64,000 nt of DNA, from NCBI GenBank assembly GCA_964036045.1, contig OZ038378.1, positions 6,014,001 through 6,078,000 of the forward strand, read 5' to 3'. The stretch is from Eutreptiella sp. 'Long Island Sound 2002' (taxonomy: Eukaryota; Protista; Euglenida). Each line of letters opens with the position of its first letter. The stretch's first letter is position 1. The notes beneath the pieces are model-generated. The model was not told the origin of the DNA, made no database searches, and worked only from the letters and a program-made list of their open reading frames with translations. Shown in pieces: positions 49,201-61,200 of this stretch. A program made the translations under genes and the position numbers.

Positions 49201-52200
49201 TGGGAGGGAAAAGAAATGGTGTGTCGTATTGCAAGGACAGGGAGCAGCCAAGGGGAATACAGCCACTTCGATTTCTCTACATTTTGCAAACCCACTTTCA
49301 TTCCTCTTCACCTTTTCTCAGTTGTGGCTGTCCCGGAAAGTGGAATTGGGTTGGAACAGGACGTGCAACAAGGCATAGGCCAGCATGCACCAGTGTACAC
49401 ACAAACATAGAGACATTTTTACCCCATCTTTTCTCCTCTATTGCACTGTTCAACGACGCTGATGCCGTCAGTCGGCAACACCCCAACTATTTCGTAGCGG
49501 AGTTCTAGTTTGGCGGAGCCTTGGCGCATTGCATGGTTGTGTTTTGTTTGTAGCTTCACCTCACTATTGTATCTTTGAACACCAGCGATTAAGGCGCTTT
49601 GTTGTTCCCAAGTGTCACCCCCTTACTTTGCAAACCAGGATAAGGCACGGGTGATGTCGCCACGTTCCTTCCTCCCCACTTTGTGGACGTCCAGAAGGCA
49701 GCAGTGATGTGATTCCTCCTCATTTGGGGGACCTAGAGAATTATGTAACCATACTGATTCTTCCCCACCGTGGATACCTTAGGACGACAAGGGTTGTTCC
49801 ACCACTTCCCTTCGTCTCCATGAACGGGACGCCGACAAGGCAATGGGTATCTAGCCTTTTGCCGTTATCTCTACTTTGGCGACTCCGAGAAGGGACGGTT
49901 CATGTAGCCACAGTGGTTCCTCCCCACTTTCCGTCCCTTATGGAGACAGTGGATTGTTGCACTTCTCCCCACTTTCTAGACCCTCGGAATGCAGGGTGCA
50001 TGTGGTCGCTTCCATTCCTCCCTACTTCCGGGACCCCAAGGAGGCGACGCCGATGTACACACTTTGAATGGTGCCCAATCATGGTAACGTGAGAAGATGA
50101 CGGTGATGCACTGACTTTCTTGCCTACCCACTTTCGGGAGAGTACTGAGGTAGGTGACACCAAGAAGACACTTGTGGCCGTAACATGGATAGGACAAGGG
50201 CCGTGCGAGCACTTAGATTTGAGGGAACAACAGCAGCTACAACACCCCTATCTTCTTGGGGGTACAAACTTGACAACCCGGGCCGGCAGGGACCCGGAAA
50301 AACTTCAAAATTTTCACTGTTGGCCTATGTGGCCAACGGTGAAATTCACACAAAAATTTAATCTCCCAAAACTGCACTGTGGGAGGCATATTTCATAATG
50401 TTTCACTGTCAGCAGTGAAGCAGCAACTGACATGGAAGCATTGAGGTGTGATGGACAACACCCCCGCCCCCCCTTCATTCCATCCCATCTGCGGCTGTGC
50501 ACCAACAACGACGAACAACTTCCCCTGTGACAAACGAGTGTACCTAAAGGAGCAACAAAAAACATAGGTAGGGCACTTGCGCACACAGTGTAGCTGCATG
50601 TGTAGACGCATATTCGTGATAAAAACCGCTAGCACTGGCAAATGACATCAGCAAGGGAGAGACTGTCATTGTTAATAGTGAGACAGAGGTTTATACTGCA
50701 CTTTGAGGTGCAACTTGCAAACAACAGACCAGATATATGACCCTCTAGGTGAAACTCAGATAGAAGATAAACAGTACGCGGCCGCTACAATGAAGTACAG
50801 TGCAAATACAAAGGGACAGTGTCATATGTCCGTGCAGTCCAAGAAAGAGGCGGAAGGGTACAATTCATGGTTTATAAATGAGCGTTCGTGTCTGATGGAA
50901 AACAAAAGCACACTCCAATGTAGTGCAATTCCGGACAAAACTGTGCAGTAGGTCATCACAGAGCAGTGCAGTGACACGAAAAAATCTAACACTGGTTTCA
51001 GGCATTTCGGGCACATGTGTCATTATGGTCATTATGGCAGTGTGTTTCACAACTGACAGTGAAAGCACACTATGATGACTCAAAGGTGCAATTGCATTCA
51101 AGAGGGGGGACAGGGAGTGACTTTGATTGTCAACTATAAATCACAAGGTGACCTAGGCCACAACGTATTACAGGATGCTTTCGCAATGGCACATAGATCA
51201 TAATGACACAAATAGCATACAATCACAGAGCATTTTCACTGTTGACAGTGAAACCCCTTGGAGAACAAAGGTCCAAAATGGGGGACAGTGCATACACTGA
51301 CCGGCATGTAGTGCAATGTGCTGTGCGCGCGGTGCATGAAGCTTGTGGTCTCCCTTGCTCTTGCCTGTTGTCGGTCGGTCGTCCGTGCACCGCGCATTCA
51401 AGAGGGGGCAGCATGATATTACTGATGGTGCAATCAACATTGAAGACACATCCATGTAAGGTGGCAAGGGTTATGCAGCCACTTTGATTCTTTCCCCCTT
51501 TTGGGGGATCCCTGAGACAGCAGGGGTTACGTAGCCACTTTGCCCAAGTTGAGGCCCCGGAGATGGCAGGGGTTATGTAGCCACTTTGATTTTATACTGG
51601 TGCAAAATTAATTGCCGCCTTTATTGTGCATCCCTTGGCAGAAGGAACCGGTACAAGTAAACGAGCAGCAAGAGACACGATGTTGCAGGTCCAGGGCACA
51701 CAATGTCATCTTTAGGACCAGCTCGTTGCTTTGCGCCTTGTGTTCAACAACACATTTAGCAATTTGAAAACAGCCGGAACAACGTGAACCCAGTATCTGG
51801 TGTGATGGTGCCAAACCAAAACCAACGCTCTATTGACAACCAAAGACAAATACTGATTTCAACCAAATTGCCTACACCAAACTGTCAATGTTGACAGTGA
51901 AAACCCGTTAGAAAGGGTGCCTCAAAAATCCAATGTCATGGTGTTTTGGGCTATTCTTCTCCTACTTGTGGCTCCTCCTTGCTCTCTGTAGGATCCTGTA
52001 AAATGCATGACCGGTGATCTGCATGTGGAGCCCCGGAACCCGGACCAGGCGGTCACCTTCACAACCGAATCTAGTGAAGTGCCTCCAGAAAAGTGGGGCC
52101 TCAGTGGCGTTAATGGTGAAAAAAAAGATTATAGCTCTGAGGCGTCAAAGGCAGATAACATACAGACAGAACAAGCAGATAGCAACCAATGGTTTAACTG

Positions 52201-52619
52201 TTGACAGTGAAAATCAATCGTGAGAAGGTGTCAGGTAGCGGAAAATCAGAGCGGCACAACTTGTGCGGAGGTAGGTGACCCCAAGAAGACACCCGTAGCT
52301 GTAACATGGAGAGGATAAGGGATGTGCGACCGCTCAGATTGGGGGTAACAACAACAGCTGCAGTACCCCTATCTTCTTCTATATTGGATACCTGACCCGA
52401 TGCTAACCACTTTGATTTGTCCTTGCTTATGGGAGCCCGACAAGGCAACCGTGATACACCCATTTTTGAGTCCTCCCAGTTTGCGGACCCCAAGAACGCT
52501 GCGGTAGCGCGAACCCTGCGAGGATGGTGTTATGTTCCCGACTTGATTCTTGCCCACATTGGGGGGCCCCGAGAAGGCACAGGTAATTTAGGCAATTGAC
52601 CTCCTTCCCTCTTTGGGGA

Positions 52620-53043
52620 CGCCTCAGAGGGCAAGGGTGATGTTGCCATTTTGATGTCCTGAGATTTTTCTGAGGATACCGCTACCGGGGCGTGCTCAAG
52701 GTGCGTAGTATGAGGGATCAAAGCGGTTCCATCACCTTCGTCATGCGGGTGTCCTCCAAGTGAAGAGGAATCAAGCTGAGCGTACCTTCTCAGGGTACGG
52801 CAGAGTGCACGGGAAGCAAGTAGCTAGATAAGCACGGGCTTCTTTGATCCCCCAACGTAGGGTGTAATGAAATTGGCCGAACGAAGGGTTAATGAAACTA
52901 GTTTGCTTGCTCTCCACCTCGGTCACGCCGAAAAGGCCACTTTTGGCTATCAACATGGTTCTCCTCATCTTGGGGACCCAGGAATGCAACGGTGCTATCA
53001 CAACTTTGATTCCTCTACAAAGTTGTACCTCGCCAAGGCAAGC
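52620..53043. repeat. Block inverted relative to its paralogue at 58972-59410
   Basis: The reverse complement of 52981-53043 (cttgccttggcgaggtacaactttgtagaggaatcaaagttgtgatagcaccgttgc) matches 58972 onward, whereas adjacent 52270-52400 matches 58820-58970 directly. Confidence 0.85.
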
Positions 53044-56000
53044 ACTGCTGCCTACTTGAGGCCGCAAAAGTGGGGAACAAGGAAGGTGCTTGCATAACCC
53101 TTGCGTGCTAGGTTCTCCAAAGTGCGGAGGGATACAAGTGGTTGCAACACCATTGTATGCCCCGAGTCCTAAAAGAGTGGAGGGTTGAAAGGGAGCTCAT
53201 CACCATTGCCCTCTTCATGTCCCCAAGGGGGCGAGGAACAAAGGGGAGAGGAACCATAGTGGCTACATTAGCCTTGCTTCCTTGGCGAATCAATACTGCG
53301 AAGGAAGCAAACGGGCTACACCACCTGCCTCTTCTCGGAGGACCCAACATTGGCTGTACTAAAAGTGGCTACATCACAGTTACCTTCCCCATATCTCCAA
53401 AGTATGGAGCAATGACATTATCTATTGAAACCTTGGCTGCTCCGGGTAGACTGGGAACACATTGAAGTGGCGACACCAAAAAAGGGGAGCAACTCGGCTG
53501 TATACACCACCCCTCCCTTCCCATAGTGCCCAAAATGGGGAGGAATCAAACCAGCTTACATAACCATTACCTTCTTAGGGGGTGTTTTTGGGATGCGCAC
53601 TACTTTTACGGAGTGTCTTCCCATTGCGGCCTTGACTTTTCCACGTCCCAAACTGGCCCCTTGAGAGGGAAAACACCTTGCTGAAAAGCAGGGTTGCTTG
53701 GTTGGAAAAGTGGGCAAAGCTCCGCGCCATGCACCTACTATGCACGGTGCTCCTCCTTATGGTACTGGAGGCGGGGAGTACTGGAATGGGCGAAGAAACC
53801 ACTTCCCTCTATGGGTCCTCAAAGTGGGGAGGAATCAAAGTGCCTTTGCACACCTGCCCCGCCAACAAACCCCACCTTGGGGACTACATGAATGCGGCAA
53901 TCGGGGACCACGGGGGGGATTGGTTTGAATCCGGGGCGGAGGGGGGGGCGGCATACTACAATCTCAAGGCACAATACCCTTGTGTTGTATTCTTCGTCCC
54001 CCACCCAATTGGTGGAATAGTGTGTATTGATGGTATTGTATAGCTCTACCCTCCTTGTCATGATGATGGCTCTCAGATCAAAAGCCTACACGATGGAGGA
54101 GCCTCTAAATTGCTTGATGTTGAAGAAGATTGTGATGATGATATAGATGCTCATGCCGTTGTATTGCGTGCAGCACCTCGGGCTTGATGCCGTTATTAGT
54201 ACATGAACGCGTTGGAAGCAATCCACAAGACTAAAGCCACAGGGGCATCGAAGAATGCAATGAAAAAACATGTTCAAACCGCACCCTAGCAGTTGAAGGC
54301 CTAAATAGCAAAAGGAGGAGAAATCTATTTAGCTAGCAATGAAGACCCTTGCCCACACCGTAAATTTCTAATTTGCCATTACCTATCGGTTGCCAGATAT
54401 TGAAGGTAAACCAAAGTGTCCTTGGCTGCAAAAGCATCTGAATGAATATTGGAAGCTCGAAAATGTTGAAAAAAGAAAGCAATACCATATTGGACTTCAA
54501 AGGCTTTTGCCAAAACAACAAATCCGTATGAAGTTTCAACGTCACTGAATAGATCCCCTGCACAGAAAAAAGGGGAAAAGAAGGTGCAATCCAATAAGAA
54601 ACAACCATCAACGAGAAATGTGTTATAGATGGAGCAACAATCACAATTCTTTAACCACTTCATGCCCACTGTGCACATATTAGCCTTTTGTAAAAAAATG
54701 ACAACCAAGCTGTCTACTACACACATGAAATTCCTTGCAGTCTACACAGTCACATGAAACATGAAATCAAAGGTTGGCAAATCAGTGGACAACACCTGAT
54801 GCGAGATTGTCCCTATTCGCAGCGAAACACTTCAAACATAGCCTGACTGTGCTGTTGACCACACAAAGCTAAATGAAGCATCGTGTAGCTTTTTGGCCAC
54901 AAAGTTGTGTGCCGTGCAATTGGCAAAAGGTGCACAGGCTTTGGAAGACAAAAACGTTTTCCTACATTCGGCTACGAAATGTTTTTTGTACATTAGGCTA
55001 CCTACGGCCTCATCATGGCGGTTCTCACATTCCCTGAGGAGGAGGGGGGTTGATACCGTGCAGGATTTTGTTTGCGGGACCATCTCTAGGGGGGGGGTCA
55101 GAAAAAAGTGGGTCCTACAAAAAAAGGCTTTTTCTTCCCTTGTCGCACGTACCACACAACATCATGGTGTTCCCACAGCAAAACATGCCTTGGGCACCCG
55201 TTGGCGTCGTTGTTGCTTCAAGGTCCCCAACCTTGAGAACAACCAAAGTGGCTACGTCACCGCATTTTTTTGGCTATACGGGTGTGGGACATGAAGGAGA
55301 CAAAAAAAGTGGCCACAATATCGCTAGCTTCTCAAGCCGCGAACTCGGTGGTGGTCTATGTTGGCTATGTCACCCTTGCCTTCTCGTGGTTTCTAAAGTG
55401 GAGAGGAATCATAGAAAGCTACATCCCCCTTCTTCCTCGGGCTGCCCAAATCGGTGATGATCACTATTGGCTACGCCACCGCTTCATCGGGTAACACTTA
55501 CATCACCCAAGCCTTCTTCAGATCCCCCAGAGGGGAAGAAAACTGCTGCGTAGCAATATCTCCTTGTCTCCAAAGTACGGAAGAATGAAAGTGCTTACGC
55601 CATGCTTGCATTCTCAGCCTATCGCAAAGTGGGGAGCAATCAAAGCGACTGCACAACCCTACCATCCCGAGTTTCTCAAAATTGGGGGGGGGTCCCCTTG
55701 GTGAGGAGGAATCAACGCAGCCAAACACCCGTTGCCTTGTCCCGGTCATGAAAGTGGGGAGGAAAGCAAGAGGCTGGATCACGCCTACCTTCATTGTATC
55801 TTCAAAGCAAGAAGCCATCCAAGTGGATACATCCGCCGGACTTCTCAAGGTTGCCGAAATGGAACTGGGGTTGCATCCAATTGGCTACATCATTCTCTCC
55901 ACCTAGGCTCCCCAAAGTGGGGGTATGTCAAACCACCTACACCACTCCGACCTTCTCGAGGTCCCCAAGGTCGGGTGATTTCTGATTGGCAACGCCAATG

Positions 56001-58192
56001 GCACCTTATTGGGCTCCCCAAAGTGGAGACAAATACAAAATGCTATGTCACCTCTACCCTTTAGGGTCCCCAAAGCGTTGAGGACCTAGTGTAGCCACAT
56101 TACTTGTGTCTTGTAGGGCTCCATGAAGTGAAGGGAGCAATTGGCAATGGAATGTTGTCTTTTGCGGTGCCCAAAAATGATGAGGAATTCACGTGCCTAC
56201 ATCACCCATACCAATACCTTCTGAGCATGCCGAATGTGGCGAGGAACCAAAGCGTCCACATCACTATTACTTTCTCGCGGGTTTTGAAAGTAGGGAGGAA
56301 TCAAAGTGGCTATATCACCCGTGCCATCACAAGTTGCCCAAAGTGGAGAGGAAACAGGAAAACTACAACAACGGTGCCTTTCGGGGTCCCCAAATTGGGG
56401 AAGGTTGCAACTAGCTACATCACCATGCCATCCCACGGTCCCCGTGTTGCGGGTGATTCAAAGTGGCAACATTTCAGGGCAACTTTCTCCTCTACGCATC
56501 CCTTCCGCCGCTTATGTACCTACAAGCGTTCTTCCGGTTTGTTGGAGTGGAGTGATTTCACTCCAACCTACTGAGATGACCAAGTTAAAATGATGCCGTA
56601 AAGCTTTCGTTTTTTGCAGGGTGATGGAGGTGGAAATGTTTCTCGAACGAGAAGTGAAATTGCTATTCCTGCCACAAAAAAAGGGACACTTTCTATGTTT
56701 AGTTTGATTGGTTTCATGAAAGCACTACATGGATTCCAATGTATAAGACTACGGAGTACACAACACAGTGGTCAAACGAAACAAATAAAGCCAACTAGGA
56801 TAAAAAAAAGTGTCACAGACAATGCAAAGCAATCAAAGTGGCTACACCGACCTTGCCTTCTCGGCGTCCCGAAAATGCCAAGGAAAGCAAGTGGCTGCAT
56901 CAGCGGTGCCTCTTCAAGGATCCGCAAAAGGGGAGGACTCAAAGTGGCTATATCACACCTACCTTCTCACATGCCCCAAAGTGAGGAGGAATACAAGTGA
57001 CTGCATGATGCCGACCCATAGTGGGTCTGGTGGGTATATTCTTGGAATCCCAAAGCTAGCAGGCGTCAAAAATGCCGAAATAACCTTTCTGTTGTTGCGG
57101 TCCTAAAAGCAAATAAGAATCAAATTGGCCATCATCATGGCTGACTTCTCGAGGTCATGAAGGTAGGGAGCAATGCCCATGGCTACATAGGCTCTGCCTT
57201 CTCGGATCACAACAATGAGGGCAACTGCAAGTGGCAACAAGACCCCCACGGGCTCCGGCTCCCCAAAGTGTGGAAGAATCAAAGCAGCTACATTACCATT
57301 GGCTTGTCAGCATCCGTAGAGTGGCAAAGCACCATGCCACGACAAGGTTGCTTTCTCAGCACACCCGAATTCGGAAGGAACCAAAGAGACTGAATAGCCC
57401 CCGCTCTCCCCGCGTACCAAAGTCCGGAAGAATTCAAAATGGATCTATCGCCCTTGCCTTTTCAATGTCCTCCAATTGGTGAAAAATAAAATTGGCTACC
57501 CAACCCTTGTGTACTGGGGCTGAGTAGGTTGGGTTCCAAGTCAAGTGCCTACATCACCCCTTGCTTGCAAGCGTGAGTGTGGGAACCAAATGGGTTGCAT
57601 ACATCACCCTCGCCTTTGTAGTGTGCCCCAATTGGAGAGGAATCAAACTTACTACAAAACCATTGCCTCTTGGGAGGACTAAAAAGGGGGCAGATTGAAA
57701 TTCGTTTATCACTCCCATGATATGCATCGGCCTCGAGGTGTTGCTTCGAGGCGGTTGTCAACGCGTACCTGGATGCAGCCAGAATTGCCGCTTTGGATCT
57801 TATGCGAACAGAGGTATGACAATTGTTGCTCTTGCCGGGTTTAACACCGAAGAGATAGACATTGCTTTGCAAGTTGAGTAATGCGTTCTTGACCATAAAT
57901 TTAACAATTTTCCTTCATTGTGAACTGAGATGGGTGCGGCAAGGTGGAGGGCACAAGACCAAGAGAGGAGACACAAAAGAATGAGATATATGGAGTTGGG
58001 AGGGAAAAGAAATGGTGTGTTGTATTGCAAGCACAAGGAGCAGCCAAGGGGAATATAGCCACTTCGATTTCTCTACATTTTGGAGACCCACGTTTATTCC
58101 TCTTCACCCTTTCTCAGTTGTCATTGTCCTGAAAGGTGGAATTGGGTTGGGATAGGACCTGCAACAAGGCATAGGCCCGCATGCACAAGCGT

Positions 58193-58216
58193 ACACACAC
58201 ACACACACACACACAC
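58193..58216. repeat. Short (AC)n microsatellite
   Basis: Direct reading; expanded relative to the paralogous positions at ~49397 and ~62648. Confidence 0.9.
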
Positions 58217-61200
58217 CAAGACATTTTTACCCCATCTTTTCTCCTCTATTGCATTGCTCAACAACGCTGATGCAGTCAGTCGGCAAGACCCCCCTTGCTT
58301 TGCAAACCAGGATAAGGCACGGGTGATGTCGCCACGTTCCTTCCTCCCCACTTTTTGGACGCCCAGAAGGCAGAAGTGATGTGATTCCTCCTCATTTGGG
58401 GGACCTAGAGAATTATGTAGCCATACTTATTCTTCCCCACCTTGGTTACCTTGGGAGGACAAGGGTTGTTCCACCACTTCCCTTCGTCTCCATGAACGGG
58501 ACGCCGAGAAGGCAATGGGTATCTAGCCTTTTGCCGTTATCTCCACTTTGGCGACTCCGAGAAGGCAGGGTTCATGTAGCCACAGTGGTTCCTCCCCACT
58601 TTCGGTCCCTTATGAAGGCAATGGATTGTTGCACTTCTCTCCAGTTTTAAGACCCTAGGAATGCAGGGTGCATGTGGTCGCTTCCATTCCTCCCTACTTC
58701 CGGGACCCCAAGGAGGCGACGCCGATATACACACTTTGAATGGTGCCCACTTATGGTAACCTGAAAAGGCAATGGTGATGCACTGACTTTCTTGCCTACC
58801 CACTTTCGGGAGAGTACTGAGGTAGGTGACACCAAGAAGACACTTGTAGCCGTAACATGGAGAGGATAAGGGCTGTGCGAGTACTTAGATTAGGGGGAAC
58901 AACAACAGCTACAACACCCCTATCTTCTTGGGCTACTCAACGCAGGGGTGATTTATATTGGATACATGACCCTTGCCTTGGCGAGGTACAACTTTGTGGA
59001 GGAATGAAACTTGTTATAGCACCGTTGCCTTCCGGGGTCCCCAACATGGGGAGAACCAAGTCGCTAGCTAAAAGTGGCCTTTTCTGCGCCCCCGAGGTGG
59101 AGAGCAAGCAAACTAGCTTCATAACCCCTACCTTCGGCCAATTTTATTCCTCATTGCCTTGGGGAACCAAAGAAGGCAGTGGTTATGTAGCCGCTTTGAT
59201 TGGTGTGCACTCTCGCCTGCCCTGAGGAAGTATGTTCAGCTGGATTCCTGTTCACTTGGAGGACAGGCACATGACGAAGGTGCTGGAACCGCTTTGACCC
59301 CTCATACTACGCACCTTGAGCACGCCCCGGTAGCGATGAACCTGAGAAAAGTCTGAGGGCACTACAAGTGCAAGGACATCAAAATGGCTATAGCACCCTT
59401 GCCCTCTGTCCTTGGCTGCAAAAGCATCTGAATGAATATTGGAAGCTCGAAAAGGTTGAAAAAAGAAAGAAACACCACATTGGACTTCAAAGGCTTTTGC
59501 CAAAACAACAAATCTGTATGAAGTTTCAACGTCACTGAATAGATCCCCTGCACAGAAAAATGGGAAAAGAAGGTGCAATCCAATAAGAAACAACCAACAA
59601 CGAGAAATGTGTTACAGATGGAGCAAGAGGCACAACTCTTTAACCACTTCATGCCCACTGTGCACATATTAGCCTTTTGTAAAAAAATGACAACCAAGCT
59701 GTCTACTACACACATGAAATTCCTTGCAGTCTACACAGTCACATGAAACATGAAATCAAGGGTTGACAAATCAGTGGACAACACCTGATGCGAGATTGTC
59801 CCTGTTCGCAACAAAACACTTCAAACATAGCCTGACTGTGTTGTTGACCACACGAAGCTAAGTGCAGCATCGTGTTGCTTTTTGGCCACAAAGTTGTGTG
59901 CTGTGCAATTGGCAGAAGGTGCACATGCTTTGGATGACAATGATAGCTTTGTCATTGGGTTAGGAAAATTTTTTTCGTACACTGGGCTACCTACGGCCTC
60001 ATTATGGCTGTTCCCATATTCCCTAGGGAGGGGGGGGTTGATACCGTGGGGGATTTCTCTCGGGGGACCATCTCTAGGGGGGAGGGGGGGTAGGAAAAAA
60101 GTGGGTCCTAAAGAGAAAGGTTTTTCTTCCCTTATCGCACGTACCACACAACATCATGGTGTTCCCACAGCAAAACATGCCTTGGGCACCTGTTGGCGTC
60201 GTTGTTGCTTCAAGGTCCCCAACCCCGTTTTTTCCCTTTTTTTGGGAACAACCAAAGTCGCTACGTCACCGCGTTTTTTTGGCTATACGGGTGTGGGACA
60301 TGAAGGAGACAGAAAAAAAGGCCACAATATCGCTAGCTTCTCAAGCTGCGAACTCGGTGGTGGTCTATATTGGCTATGTCACCCTTGCCTTCTCGTGGTT
60401 TCTAAAGTGGAGAGGAATCATAGTAGCTACATCCCCCTTCTTCCTCGGGCTGCCCAAATCGGTGGTGATCACTATTGGCTACGCCACCGCTTCATCGGGT
60501 AACACTTACATCACCCAAGCTTTCTCCAGATCCCCCAGAGGGGAAGAAAACTGCTGCGTAGCAATATCTCCTTGTCTCCAAAGTACGGAGGAATGAAAGT
60601 GCTTACACCATGCTTGCATTCTCAGCCTAACCCAAAGTGGGAAGCATTCAAAGCAACCCCAAAACCCTACCATCCCGAGTTTCTCAAAATTGGGGGGGGG
60701 TGGGCATGGTGCGGAGGAATCAACACCCGTTGCCTTGTCCCGGTCATGAAAGTGGGGAGGAAAGCAAGAGGCTGGATCACGCCTACCTTTTCCGCATCTT
60801 CAAAGTAGGGAGCCATCCAAGTGGATACATCCGCCGGACTTCTCAAGGTTGCCGAAATGGAACTGGGGTTGCATCCAATTGGCTACATCATTCTCTCCAC
60901 CTAGGCTCCCCAAAGTGGGGGTATGTCAAACCACCTACACCACTCCGACCTTCTCGAGGTCCCCAAGGTCGGGTGATTTCTGATTGGCAACGCCAATGGC
61001 ACCTTATTGGGCTCCCCAAAGTGGGGAGGAATACAAAATGCTATGTCACCTCTACCCTTTAGGGTCCCCAAAGCATTGAGGACCCATCGTAGCCACATTA
61101 CTTGTGTCTTGTGGGGCTCCATGAAGTGGAGAGAGCAATTCAATTGGCAACGGAACATTGTCTTTTGAGTTGCCCAAAAATGATGAGGAATTCACGTGCC

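Noticed and set aside
51527-51550. gtagccactttgcccaag resembling the dinoflagellate spliced leader
   Set aside because: It is the reverse-strand core of the local satellite monomer (caaagtggctac), and the match is partial.
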